The notes under the pieces are model-generated. The model was not told where the DNA came from. It did not search any database and saw nothing but the letters and a program-made list of their open reading frames with translations. Source: the human T2T-CHM13v2.0 reference genome, Homo sapiens. Taken from it: a stretch of DNA of 64,000 nucleotides. A program made the translations under genes and the position numbers. Positions 44,156 through 59,230 of the stretch are shown piece by piece. The stretch lies in NCBI RefSeq assembly GCF_009914755.1, contig NC_060939.1, one strand, 5' to 3'. Each line of letters opens with the position of its first letter. Position 1 is the stretch's first letter.

Positions 44156-44946
44156 GGATGTGAGTTTTTTGTGGGCAACATATATATAGGTCTTTACAGT
44201 CTGGCTTTGTCTGGTAACATTCTTCAACAGTAAGCCAGTCCAGAGATTGTGGACACGTCATTTGGTGTAGTGCCTAAGCCCATGAGGGCTGCAGCCATTG
44301 CAGTGCTAGGGGGCGCCCTAAGCCCAGGAGTGCCACAAGCTGGAGTCCCATGGCCTCTGACTCTGGTGCAGCACTGAGCAGGAATCCCATGGCCATTAAG
44401 GCTAGTGCAGTATTGAGGTGCACCTAATGCCCATAGCCACTGAGCTAGCACAGTACTGGGGTGTGCTTGGGGCCTGCGGCTGCTGAGGCCTGCCTGTTGC
44501 CATAGACTATTTGGAGCCCAAGGTCACTGTGGTCAGTCAGCAGTGAAATGGTTGGGAACTTGAATCCATGTTGCAGGGGCTACATATTTCTGTCTGGCCC
44601 CAGGGTAGATCTAGAGGTTCCATTTGTGGGTACCAGCCTGGAGACAGGACCATGGGAGTCTGCTGTATGCTGATTTTTACTGTGGCTGACTCAGTACTCA
44701 GATCCAAGGTAATGTCCTACAGTTGCTTCCCTCTCTTTACCCAGAGTGAACGATATCTCTTTCTGTACTGTGCTGACTGATGTTGGGGAAGGGGTGATTT
44801 GGGTAATATAAAACTTAATTTCCTACTCTCTTTGATGCATCTTTTCTTAATATCATGCTATAACCATGTACTATGATCTTTCATCTGTTTTCCTTAGCTT
44901 TTGTAACGGTATTTTTATACCGTGAGGGTACTTGTTAGAATTGATG

Positions 44947-45026
44947 TTTCTTTCTTTCTTTCTTTCTTTCTTTCTTTATTTATTTATTTTATTTTATTTT
45001 AAATTTTGTTATTATTATACTTTAAG
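44947..45026 (-). repeat. (TTTC)n/(TTTA)n tract ending in an L1PA 3'-terminal stub (attattatactttaag)
   Basis: Same terminal sequence as the L1PA2 3' end at ~26022-26037. Confidence 0.7.
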
Positions 45027-45502
45027 AAAATTATCACAGGAGATCTAGTCTGCCATCTTGCTCTGCCTTCTGTTCATGCTATTTTAAATGAAATTGTTTT
45101 TGTTGTTTTATTATCAGATTGTTAATTGCTAGTATATGAAAAATATAATTGTTTTTAGTTGTTGAGTTTGTGTACTGAAAAGTTTCTGGACTCATTTTTA
45201 GTTCTAATAGTATTTTAGGGGATTCTTTAGGATTTTGTACACACATCACCTCACTGGCAGACAGAGATAGTTTGACTTTTTCCTTCCCCTTCTCAGTGAC
45301 TTTTATTTGTTTTTCTAGACCAATTGCCCTGGCTGCAACTTCCAGTACAATGTTGAATATAAGTGGCAATAGTGGACATCTTGGGGTAAGTATTGAGCTT
45401 TTCATGATATCATGTGCGTTTTTTTCTGGATGCCTATTTTGGGATGAGAAAGTTTACATCTCTTTCTAATTATTTTTGTTTGTTGCTTTTTGTTTTCATA
45501 TG

Positions 45503-45615
45503 TTTTGTTTTGTTTTGAGATGGGGTCTTACTCTGTCATCCACAGTGGAGTGCAGTGATATGATCTCTGCTCACTGTAGCCTCGACCTCCCAGGCCCAGG
45601 CAATCCTCCCACCTC
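45503..45615 (-). mobile_element. Alu (J-type) right-arm fragment
   Basis: gagatggggtcttactctgtc...gctcactgtagcctcgacctccc. Confidence 0.85.
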
Positions 45616-47454
45616 TATTTCTAATTTATTGGGTGTCTTTTTTTAATCAAAAATTGGTTTTGGATTTTGCAAATGCTTTTTTGCATTTTTAGATGATCAT
45701 GTGGTTTTCTTCCTTCATTTTATTAAAATAATGTGTCACACTGTTTTTGTACATTGAACTCAACTTGCATTCCTGTGATAAATTCTTTTGATCATGGTGT
45801 ATAATCCTCTGTACGTGTTGCCTGGGTTTGGTAGGCTAGTATTTTATTGATGATTTTTGTCTCTATGTGCAAAAGGTATATTGGCCTATACATTTTGTTT
45901 CCTTAATGTCTTCTAGTTGTGGTATCAGGGTACATTGGCCTCATAGATTAAGTTGGAAAGTGTGATCTTATCTTCTGTTTTTGTTGGTTTATGTGTTTAT
46001 TTGCTTGCCTGCTTAAGAATTTCTGAAGGATTAGTATTAATATTTTAAAGGTTGGTATAATTCATTAGTACAGTTATCTTGGCCTTGGACTTTCTTTGTG
46101 GTAAGTTTGTCATTTACTATTTGAGTTTCTTTACTTGTCATAGCTCCATTCAGGTTTTTTGTTTCTTTTTAATCCAGTCAAGTATTTTTTGTCTTTCTGG
46201 GAATTTGTCTATTTCATCTGGGTCATCTAAGCTGTTGGCATACGATTGTTCCCAGTACTCCCTTATATTCTGGTTTTATTCACGGGAGGTTGGTAACTTT
46301 ACTGCCCTCCCAGTGGTGTAACTCTGTCCCCCTGCGAGTTCCCTGTGCTGTTCACTACCTGCAAAGTTCTGAATCCATATTTTTTAATCCCTTTCTTCTA
46401 TTTACTATGGGTTTTTCCCTCTTAAGTGACACAGAACGGGTGAGGGATACTGTGATAAGGAAAAATTGCCCCTATCAGCTAGGATGAGTTTTCTAAATTG
46501 TCCCTGGCAAGGTACTCCCACCTCCAAATGACTTTTTGTAAAGAAGGATCTGAGCATTGGAAGGAGAGTTCCTGAAAGTGAAAGTCCCTTCCAAGACTGT
46601 GGTCTCAGGATTCTCCACTGTCATGCCAGTCCATACTCAGCTTCCAGCTACTGTAAAAACTATTATTAAGTGTTCCTGCCCATTTAGGGCTCCATCACCT
46701 TCTGCTCCTGATCACGAGATCTTAGTAGCTGTATCTCTTTGGGCCTGCCTGTCTCTCCATATTTTGGGTGCATACTTGTGCTATGACCCTGGTTCCCCGA
46801 TGGGTCCAATAAAAGTCATTTATTTTCAGTTCCTCCAGCTTTTTACTGTTACCAGAATAGGAGTGACAACTTTCAAGCTATTTACATGTCAGAGTTGAAA
46901 GCAGAAGTGTGGGATATGGAGTTTGGGAAGAAACTCATAGAAGTGAAGTGTCTTTCTCATTGTGCTATGTCAAGGATACATGGTGTCAACATGATGTTCA
47001 CTGGTGATGTTGAACTTGATCACTTGGTTGAGATGGTGACTGCCAGATTTTTTCTCCGCAAAGCTAATGCTTTATTTGTCCATCCTCTGCATGTTAGAAG
47101 CAAGCCCATCCTATACACAAACAGAAGGGAGGAATTAGGCTTCATTTTCTGGAAGAAAGACTGTCAAGTAATTTAGCAAGAATATGTTAAAACCACCCCA
47201 ATAAATAACATTTGGGGGAAGATATTTCTAGTCTTATAAACACCTTGTTTATCCCTAATGCATTGCCAATTAATTTCAACATTCATCAATGAATCTTGTC
47301 TTTGGTGATTTGTGTTATGGTGTTATCATGGTAATTTCCTAATTCCTTTTCTTTTTTATTTATTATTTGGAATTCTTTTCTAAAAAAGATTTGCTCCTAC
47401 TTATCTGTATATGTATTGTCATATCCACATTTAACTTGAGATCTACACTCTTAA

Positions 47455-47782
<328 letters not shown>

Positions 47783-50700
47783 TAGTATTGTTATCTGTAG
47801 GCTTAGTGTTGAACAGTAGATCTCTGGAACTTACTGATCTTGCATAACTGAAACTTTATACTCATTGAACAGTAACTCCCCATTTTCCCCTCACCTACCC
47901 CGCAGCAATCACTGTCAGTCATACTCTCTGCTGCTATGAGTTTGATCATTTCAGATACCTCATAAAAGTGCAATCATGCAGAGTTTATCCTTCTGTGATT
48001 ATCTCATGTAACTTTACATAGTGTCCTCAGGGTTTATCCATGTTGTCATTAATAGTATAATTTCTTTTTTTATAAGGCTGAGTAATATTCCATTTTATGT
48101 ATGTATACCCAGAAGTAGGATTGCTGGATTATATGGTACTCATATTTTTAATTCTTTGAGGAACCTGCGTACTGTTTTCCATTGTGGCTACATTGTTTCT
48201 CATTCCCACCAACAGTGTATGAAGGTTGTGATTTCTCCTTTTTTTTTTGCCTTTTTTTGATGCTAGCCATTGTAACAGATACAAGGTGATGTCTCATTGT
48301 GGTTTTGATGTACAATTAATTGATGATTTATAATGCTGTGCAACTTTTTATACACCTGTTGGCCATTTGCATGTATTCTTTGGAGAAATGTATATTCAAA
48401 TCCCTTGCCGTTTAAAAATTAGATTATTTGGGATTGGGGAATTCTTTTTTCTCTTAAGTTGTAGGAATATGTTGTATATTTCGATATCAGCCCCTTATTC
48501 AATATATGGTTTGCAAATATTGTCTCCTCTTCCATAGATTGTCTTTTCATCCTGTTTCCTTCGCTATGCAGGAGTTTAGTTTGATGCAGCCCCACATTAT
48601 TTTTGTTTCTGTTTTCTGTGTTTATAGTGTCATATTTTAGAAATCTTTGTCTAGATCTAGACCAATGTCATGAAGCTTTCCCCCTCCTTTTACTTCTAAG
48701 TGTTTTATAGTTTCAGGTCTTATGTCCAAATATTTATTCTCTTCTGAGTTGATTTTTGTATATAGTGTAAAATAAGAATCCAATTTTATTTTTTACTTTT
48801 TCGCATGTAGATATTACATTTTCTCAACACCGTTTGTTGAAGAGACTATATATTTTTCCCATTGCGTATTCTTGGGACCCTTGTTGAAGATTTTGACTGT
48901 ATATATGTGGATTTATTTCTGGGACATCTATTATGTGTCTTATTTATTTATTTATTTGATTATTCAGTTGCTTATTTATATCACTATGGACTCATTGAGG
49001 TTTGCTTGCTTTTTTGTTTTTGTCGGTTTAGTACTTCCTTACTTACAGACACTGCAAAGATGCTTCAGCAGTATATTGCATTTTTTTCTGCCTTAGCCCT
49101 AGAATGAAGTATTTCTCCAAGTAGCTCTGTCTTTTGTTCTTGTTTGTTTTTAATTAGAGAATGGTATTTCAAAACTAGATGTGCTTGTTGACACTGTAGT
49201 GTTTCTTGGACCTCTCAGCAAAAAAATCTGGGAAATGTATGTATGTACTTATGTAAGCCTGTATATCTGTATTTATATCTGTATCTATCTATGTCTAAAT
49301 TTATGTACACATATAGATTAAAACATAAACATATTTATGCTAATATCTACACTCTAGTTCAGGACTGAATTCATTCTAGACTTTCACCTTGATAACTTCT
49401 TTCTTTGACGATGACAAAACTACTCCTGAGCTCAAGATTTTTGTCATTTTTTTTTCTGTACATACAGACTCATTTAAATCCACCTTCATTTATCTTCCAC
49501 TGCTGTCTAGCTTTTCACCACTGTGACTTGGGTTGGAATACTGGGTTGTTGGACAAGGTTGTAGGAAACATCAGACTTGATCATCTGTTTATAGATATAA
49601 AATTAAAAGCAGATTGGAACTTGGCAAAGAGTGAGTTGAGAGCTTAAAGGAACAAACACACTCCAAGAAGCCTCAAATATCTAAGCAGCAGGACAGAGGT
49701 TGTTTGGTCCATTCTCAGGTATGTTTGTGGTGACTTTCATGGTCTGAGCCTCTGACCCCAGGAATATTGTTGTGGTGGAACTCAGGCAAATGCTAGTGCA
49801 TGCATATTGGGGCATCTATTTTGTAAGTGTTGAAACTGAACTTTCTGGGGAAATGTAGCATCCAATCCATGTAGATTTCCTTTCTGAGAACAAAAGTGGA
49901 AACAGTCATCGAGTGGGATGACAACTTGGAAAGGCTTTGTGGGCCTTTGTGACCTCATGGTATGCATCCCCTCAGGGTGGACTCATGCAGGTAACTGACC
50001 CTCCTGGCTTTCCTCCTCATCCTCCCACTGAACTCATGCTTCTTCCTAGGCTGGTTTCTCTTGGTTGCTTTGGGAATGAACAGCACGTAGCCTGACACAA
50101 AACCATGTACCATGTCCACTTCTTTCTATTTCCACATTTTCCTTCTGGTTGAGGGGCACTGGGTTCCCCTGTAGATGTGACAGTGGCATGAGCATACATG
50201 CTTAATAATGAATGACCTCACGTGTACCCTGAAGTAGAGATGGGCACTGGCAAGCAATGATACCCGACGATGGCTCATGAATAGGACAGCTGGAGCCCAT
50301 GAGGCGCTATTATGGGCCCTGAGGTCTGAGTTGCACCCGGACAGCCTCACCCTCAAGGATTGGCTGGTGTTTGCTGGAGGCCTCTTTATGCTAAGGGCTG
50401 AGGCAAGCTGCTGAAGACATGCTGTGTGATTTATCATAATACAGGATTAACTTTCAACATGCGGTGGTCATCAAAGAAATCAGTGTCTCTGGTGAAAACT
50501 CACTTTCAAGTCTAATTTTTGCTACTGAGAATAAGCTCGGTAACAAGTAGTAGTTGATAGAAGATAGCATGACAGGGGTTTGGAGAGGAAGGGGAATACA
50601 TTTATGGCTGGGCTTGGAAAAGTCTGCATGAAGCCTGCACATATTTTGGGGGGAAAACCAAGTAATCCTCTTTGTGCCTGCAGGCTGCAGAAGGCTGTCA

Positions 50701-50791
50701 CTGGGCTTTCTCCCTCTGCCTGCCCCTCCATTTGTCTAAGCCCATGGCCTTTTTTCTTTCCTTTTTTTTTGTAATAGCTTTATTGACATAT

Positions 50792-50965
50792 AATTCACAT
50801 AACATGCAATTAACCATTTAAATCCACATACCATACAATTAACCATTTAAATTCACATGCTATACAATTAACCACTTAAATTTACATATCATACAATTAA
50901 CTATTTAAATTTTCACATCATACAATTAACCATTTAAATTCACATACCATATAATTAGCCATTTA
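50792..50965 (+). repeat. Minisatellite: 6 diverged copies of a 29-bp unit (aattcacataccatacaattaaccattta)
   Basis: Units start at 50792, 50821, 50850, 50879, 50908 and 50937. Confidence 0.95.
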
Positions 50966-51233
50966 AACCTAGTGATTTTGAGTATATACACAGCACTATG
51001 CAGTAATCAAAACAATCGAGTTAGAATCAAATTTAAAACAAATTTAGAACATTTAGAATAAAAAGAACCCCACTACCCTTTAATATTATTCCCTAATCCC
51101 CCATCCTTCCTAGCCCTAAGCAACAAGTCTACTTTTACCTTTCTATAGATTTGCCTATTCAGAATATTTCCTGTAAATGGAATCATAAAATATCTGATCT
51201 CGAGTGTCTTCTTCCACTCAAAAATGTGTTTTT

Positions 51234-51530
<297 letters not shown>

Positions 51531-51564
51531 TTAAGGTTCATCCATGGTGTATAACATGTCAATA

Positions 51565-51883
51565 CTTTTTTTTTTTCCTTTTTATACAGGGTCTCACTCT
51601 ATTGCCCAGGCTGGAGTGCAGGGGTGTGATCACAGCTCACTGCATCCTCTACCTCTTGGGCTCAAGTGATTTTTCCACCTCAGCCTTCTCAGTAACTGAG
51701 CCTCCACACACCTATAGTCTATACAGGTGTGTGTCACCATGTCCAGCTAATTAAAAAACATCATTTTGGTGGAAACAAGATTTCACTATGCTGGCCAGGC
51801 TGGTCTTGAACTCCTGGGCTCAAGCACCTCACACCTTGGTCTCCTAAAGTGTTGGGATTACAGGCGTCAACCACTGCACCCAG
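51565..51883 (-). mobile_element. AluJ
   Basis: cagggtctcactct, gatcacagctcactgc, ctcctgggctcaagc. Confidence 0.9.
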
Positions 51884-51998
51884 TCTTCATTCTTTTTATA
51901 GCCAAATAATGTTCTGTGATATGTATATACCACATTCTACTTATTTGTTCATCCAATTTCTTGATATCTAAGTTTTTTCCACCTTTTGATTATCATAA

Positions 51999-52316
<318 letters not shown>

Positions 52317-52925
52317 AGCTGTGAAAATTTATATACAAGTTTTGATGTGGTTATGTTTTCATTTCTCTTGGGTCTATATATAAGAGTGGAATTGCTGAGT
52401 CAGATGGTAATTCAATATTTAACTTCTTGTGGAACTGCCAAACTGTTTTCCAAAATGGCTGCACAATTTTACAGCCCACCAATGTACAAGAATTCCAATT
52501 TCTCCACATTCTCACCAACACTAGTTCCTATCTAATTTCTTACCTTATTTATATGAAATGTAGCCTGTTTCTCCGTGACTTTTCTTTACCTGTCTACAAT
52601 ATCTCCCCTCGTTCTGAAGCACATTCACATGTTTTGAGAAGTTGGCTCCTTACGGTTCCCATGATACATCGTGTTTATTCCTAGCTTGATTTATTTGCCC
52701 ATGCTGTGCCTGCTGTTGTTTTTTAAATTATTTTTTAAAATTGTGGTAAAATACTCATAACATAAAATTTACCATCTTAACCATTTTTAATTTCACAATT
52801 TATTATACAACCATCACTGCCATCCATTTCCAGAACTCTTTTCATCTTTCAAAACTGAAACTCTGTATCCATTAAACAATAACTCTAATCCCTTTTGTCC
52901 AGCCCCTGGCAACTGCCATCCTACC

Positions 52926-53274
<349 letters not shown>

Positions 53275-53826
53275 TAAGTGAAATCATACAATATTTATCT
53301 TTTTGTGATGGGCTTATTTCACTTAGCAACATGTCTTTAGAACTCATCCATGTTGTAACATGTGTCAGTATTTTCTTCCATTATACAGCTGGATACTTTG
53401 GTTTACCTGTGAATTCATCAATGGAGATTTGGGTTACTCCTACCTTTTGGCTATTGTGAGTAATGCTGCTATGATCATGACTATACAAATATAACACTGA
53501 CACCATTATTTCAATTATTTGGGGATATATATCCAGAAGTGGAATTCCTGGATCATATGATAATTCTAGTTTTAATATTTTGAAGAATCACTAGACCGAT
53601 TTTTAGAGTGGCTTCTTCGTTTTACATTCTCACCAACAATGTACAAAATTTACAATTTCTCTACATCCTCACCAACACTCGTTATTTTCTGTAATTGGTA
53701 TGAGATGATATCTCATTATGGTTTTCATTTGCATTTCCCTAATAATTAGTGGCGCTGAGCATCTTTTCCATGTACTTATTGACCATTTTAATATCACATT
53801 TGGGTCCTTTTATATTATCTTTGGGT

Positions 53827-53998
53827 CCTTTGTCCATTTTCAATGTGTTTTGTTTCTGTGGTTATTTTATTCTAAGAATAGCCACACCTGTGAAGGTTTG
53901 CTGAAAAATTATCTGAAATGAGAGTTATATGAGCAGCCATTGAACAGCCGTGGGACAAAATAAGTACACAAACAAAACACATTGAAAATGGACAAAGG
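53827..53998. repeat. Inverted repeat: 29-bp perfect arms (53827-53855 / 53970-53998), 39/42 when extended, 88-nt loop
   Basis: cctttgtccattttcaatgtgttttgttt vs aaacaaaacacattgaaaatggacaaagg. Confidence 0.95.
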
Positions 53999-54755
53999 AG
54001 CTGAATAGACATCTCCCCAAAGATGGATATATACTCCCAAAGAATTGAAATAATAGTGTAGATACAGTCCATTGTGTAGATACAGCGTAAAGGATAAGGT
54101 CCTAGAAATGTCTGAATCAATGTGGGCAATTAGTTGCAGCTCAAATTTCAAGGGAATGATTAAAGACCTATGGAGGTGAGAAGATGTAAGGAAATGTGAA
54201 TCATGATAAATATAACAACTACAGTTTCCGTGATTACCTAAATCTGAGCTTCACTACTTGATGGATTCTTTCTTCTTTCAAAGATTTTTGGAGGCAAAGA
54301 TGGGGACCAAGACTGCTCAACACTATGGAATGCTCCAAGCAAGAGTATTTTAGCTACATCCTTGGCAAGAAAATTTTTATCCAGACTTGTATTTCTGCAT
54401 TTCACCCTCCCACACTGCAACAAATCTGGTAGTAGTCAAGTGAAGAGGGAGTGCAGAGATTGGGAGACCTCAGACCACCCTTTCTGTTTGGAAGGCCTTT
54501 GCAAAGTTCGGGCAGTGTTCCTTAAGCACTGCAGGGATCTTTCTAGGGTCTGTCTCTCTGTGACGAAGAACACTCTTAAGGAATTTGGGGGTAGGTGGGT
54601 TATAGTGGTTAAGTTTATAGAGTAAGGGAAGATTTTCCCATAACAGCATCTTGCTGCATATGTTCTCCATCTAAGCTTTGTAAGTCTTACTTGATCAGTA
54701 CCTTAGTGGTCAATGTAAACATTGTTCCATCCTCCATCCACCACCAAATAACTAG

Positions 54756-55040
<285 letters not shown>

Positions 55041-55270
55041 GTGGGCTTCAGTTTTATTGGGCCAATTTAAATTAAATGAGGAAATAGAAATCTAATTTTC
55101 TATTATTTAAGAAGTAAGGTAAATAGGAAGCCTGAGTTTTTCAAGAAGCAAGTCAAGAGCCTAGAAAATATAAGCACCCTACAACCCACAATAAGGAAAA
55201 GTTGCATCTTAAGAAGAGCTTCTCTGACCTGAGAAAACTGAGTAATTCTCCCTGTGCAGTATATCACATT

Positions 55271-55630
55271 TGTATTAGTCCATTCTCATACTGCTATGAA
55301 GAAGTACCCAAGACTTGGTAATTTATAAAGAAAAAGAAGTTTAGTGGACTCACAGTTCCACATGGCTAGGGAGGGCTCACAATCATGGCAGAAGGCAAAG
55401 GAGGAGCAAAGGCGTGTCTTACATGGTGGCAGGCAAAAGAGCATGTGCAGGGGAACTGCCCTTTATAAAACAATCAGATCTCATGAGACTTATTCACTAT
55501 CGCCAGAACAACATGGGAAAAATGCACCCACATGATTCAGTTACCTCCCACCACATCCCTCCCACATGTGGGATTGTGGGAACTACAATTCAAGATAAGA
55601 TTTGTGTGGAGACACAGCCAAACCGTATCA
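55271..55630 (-). mobile_element. THE1 (C-like) solo LTR
   Basis: tgtattagtccattctcatactgctatg...gacacagccaaaccgtatca. Confidence 0.92.
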
Positions 55631-55744
55631 TCATGAAAACATTTTTTCTCTTTTCCTGGGCCATTTGCAAAGAGAACTTTAATGTATAAAATATCCCACT
55701 CAACTCCATGACACCTTGGCCACATGAAGCTCTCAATTATGAGG

Positions 55745-56286
55745 TGTGTTCCAATTATTGATTGCTGTGTAACAAGCTATCCCGAAAGAGCAACCACCTT
55801 GTTATGCTCATGGACACAGTGGGTATGAACCCATGTAAAAAAGACTTTTCTGTGCTTCGTAATGTCTGGAGCTTCAACTGGGAAGACATCAATGGCTGAG
55901 AGTAAGTCAAATAGTTGGGGGCTGAAATCATCTAGAATTCCCTTCTCTTTTATGTCTTATGCCTGAGCAGGGATGATCCAAAGATTCAAACTGTCACCAG
56001 GAGTCCTCTCTATTCATGTGGCTTGGGATTCCCCACAGAGTGGAATTCAGGTGGGATGTTGCACATGGTGGCTTAGATTTATAGAGTGAGTGTCCTTGTG
56101 AGCAAGGCAGAGCAGAATACCTTTTGTGACCTTGATTCAGATGCCACCCAGCATCCCAGTCATCCTGTGGAGCAGTCATAAGTCCACCTGGTTTCAAGAA
56201 GAGGGGCATAGACTCCACCTCCACCTCCACCTCTAGACGGAAGTAGTGTCAAAGCATTTGTGGCCCATTTTTTTACAACCACCACA
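55745..56286 (-). mobile_element. MLT1 (F/G-like) LTR
   Basis: 'attgctgtgtaacaa...aatgtctggagcttcaactggg...aggggcatagactccacct...caaccaccaca'. Confidence 0.75.
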
Positions 56287-56374
56287 AGTTTCAAAAGAGC
56301 TAAATTTCCCTTAGTGGAAGTATTAAATGGAGGGGAAAACCTGCTAATTCACCATTTAATATATTGTCTATGAT

Positions 56375-57830
56375 TGTGCATTTTTAATTGACATATCATA
56401 TTCTATGTTTTTTATTGTGTACAACATTCTGCTTTTAAGTATATGTATCTTGTGGAATGGTCAAATATGGACAACTAACAAATGCATTACCTCTCATAGT
56501 TACTTTGTGGTCAAAGCACATAACATCCACTTTCTTTACATTTTTTAAGCATACAATATATTATCATTAGCTATAGTCACCTTGCTGTTCAATAGATGTC
56601 TTGAAAGTTATTCCTTCCATCTAAATGTAATTATGTATCCTTTGGCCAATATCTCCCCATTCTCCCCTCCCCTGAGCATCCTGTCTCCATTCTCCCCTTC
56701 CGCCTCTGTAAGCACCACTCTAATCTCACTTCTATGAGATCAACTGGATTCCAGATATGAGTGAGATCATGAAGTATTTGTCTTTCTGTGTGAGTCATAG
56801 TTCACTTAACATAGTTTCCTCTAGGTTCATCCTTGCTGTCACAAATGGCAGGATTTCATCTTTTTTACTGCTGAATATTATCGCACTGTGTATATGAACC
56901 ACATATCTTTATCCATTCATCCACTGATGGACACTTAGGTCTATTCCATTTCTTGGTTATTGTAAATAGTGCTGCAATAAATATGAGAATTCTGATGCCT
57001 CTTAGACATAGTGATTTCATTTCCTTTGGATATATATACCCTGTAATGAGATTGCTGGATCATAGGGTAGTTCAATTTTTATTTTTGGAGGAACCATCAT
57101 AGTGCTTTCCATAATGGCTGTTCTAATTTACATTACCACCAACAGTGTGTAAGAGTTCTTTTTTCTACACATACTTACCAGCATTTGTTATTTTTTGTCA
57201 TTTTGTTAATAGCCATTCTAACTGGGGTGAGGTGATATCTCATTGTGGTTTTGATTTGCATTTCCCTGATTATTATTGATATTCAGCATTTTAATGTACA
57301 TGTCGGCTATTTGTATGTCTTCTTTTGAGGAATGTCTATTCATGTTGTTGGTCAGTTTTTAAGCTGGCTTTTTATTTGTTTGGGTTTGCTATTGAGTTGA
57401 GTTCCTTAAATATTTTGGATAGTGACCCCTTGACATCATATGTATAGTTTGCAAACATTTTCTACCAGTCTGTAGGTTGTCTTTTCACTCTGTTGATTGT
57501 TTCCTTTGCTGAGCAGAAGCTTTTTAGTTTGATGTAATCCCATTTGTCTCTTTTTGCTTTTGTTTCCTGGGTGTTTTGGGGTCAAATAAAAAAATAATCT
57601 CCCAAACCAATGTTGTGTAGTTTTTTTCCTCTATGTTTTTATCTAGTAGTTTCATAGTTTCAGGTTATAAGTTAAGTCTTTAGCCCATTTTGAGTTGATT
57701 TTTGCATGTAGTGAAAGGCAGGGGTCTAGTTTTCTTATTCTGCATGTGGCTATTGGTTTTCCCAGCACCATTTATTGAAGAAATGATCCTTTCCCCAATG
57801 AGTATTCTTGGCATCTTTGTGAAAAATGGA
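56375..57830 (-). mobile_element. L1MA 3' UTR plus ORF2 end
   Basis: 'ctatagtcaccttgctgttcaatagat', 'atccattcatccactgatggacacttagg', 'gcagaagctttttagtttgatgtaatcccatttg'. Confidence 0.88.
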
Positions 57831-58736
57831 CTTTTGCATAAATTATTTAAATGAGAATTTGGAAGAAGGGGGCAGGTTCAGGATGCTACAGTTAATATAA
57901 TAACCCTTATTTTGGTGGTATCCACTGTACCTCATGTGATTATGGATTTTCTACAAGACATTTCTTGTGGAAGATAGAGACAGGAGCTGGGGAGTTTGCT
58001 TTATTGTTTGGTCTAAATGATACAAGAATGTTTGATACTTTAAAACTTGTTTGTTTTGAGAATACTGTAGTTTGGGTCAACCTTTCTGTGAGCAGATCAA
58101 AACTGGTCATCCATGCTCAGCTGGGTTTCCTTGTGGCCTGTATTCTGTGCTTGGTGCACTGCGTGACTTTCGTGATTGTAACCTTTTGTCATCCCATCGT
58201 TGGGAGAACTTTCTATCTCTTGACATGAAGGCTTCTGAGCTTGTTGACCTCATTCTCTGACTTTTTTGTTATAATTTTTAAAAATGATGGCTCTAGGCCA
58301 TATGTACATTCACTTTCACTGTGCAACTATCCCCATGGTTTGAAATAATATTAGATAGAATTTGTTTAAAAAGATAGACTACTTGTTGATCAAAGGTTCT
58401 AGTAGAATAATGTTGAGGGGGGGATAAAAACAACAAAAAGTTTATTAGGAAGGTCATAACTTTAGCAGTCTGGGTCTCTGAGAAACCGTATAGCAGAGAA
58501 GCCTCTACCAATATGTGTAGGATGTTGTGAAATGTGAGAAAGAAATGAACTAATGTTGTGTTAAGCCACAGAGCCTTTGGGTTAAGTTGTTACCACAATA
58601 TAACCTAGTCTAATCTAATGCAGAAATCACTGCAGAATTAGCATGCTACAATTACATGAAAACAAAAATGTGTGACATTAGCAGCAGTGGGGCTGGCAAC
58701 AGAGACACTGATAATGTGAGCCTAAATGGATGGCTT

Positions 58737-58786
58737 GCTTTCCCTCCCTCCCTCCCTCCCTCTTTCCCTCCCTCCCTCCCTTTCTC

Positions 58787-58849
<63 letters not shown>

Positions 58850-58941
58850 CTTTCTCTTTCTTTCTTTCTTTCTTTCTTTCTCTGCCTCTCTTTCTTTCTC
58901 TCTCTCTTTCTCTTTTTTCTTTCTTTCTTTTTTTTTTTTTT
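58737..58941. repeat. Compound (CCCT)n/(CTTT)n polypyrimidine microsatellite derived from an Alu tail
   Basis: ~200 bp almost purely pyrimidine tract. Confidence 0.95.
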
Positions 58942-59230
58942 TGAGACAAAATCTCATGCTGTCGCCAGGGTGGCAGTGCAATGGCGTGATCTTGGCTCAC
59001 TGCAACCTCCGCCTCCCAGGTTCATGTGATTCTCCTGCCTCAGCCTTGCGAGTAGCTGCGATTCCAGGCACACACCACCATGCCCGGCTAATTTTTTTGT
59101 ATTTTAGTAGAGACGGGTTTTCACTAGCGTGGCCAGACTGGTCTCAAACTCCTGACCTTATGATCTGCCCGGCCCCGGCCTCGGCCTCCCAAAGTGCTGG
59201 GATTACAGGCGTGAGCCACTGCACCCAGCC
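58928..59230 (-). mobile_element. AluS (Sc-like)
   Basis: Full Alu body in antisense. Confidence 0.92.

Noticed and set aside
44303-44316. CTCF-like GTGCTAGGGGGCGC
   Set aside because: Inside an old L1 5' UTR with a mismatch at the conserved first position; no independent support.
54238-54425. Possible minus-strand exon (ctaccag acceptor, TAG|GTAATC donor)
   Set aside because: Weak pyrimidine tract, stops in all frames and no supporting partner exon.
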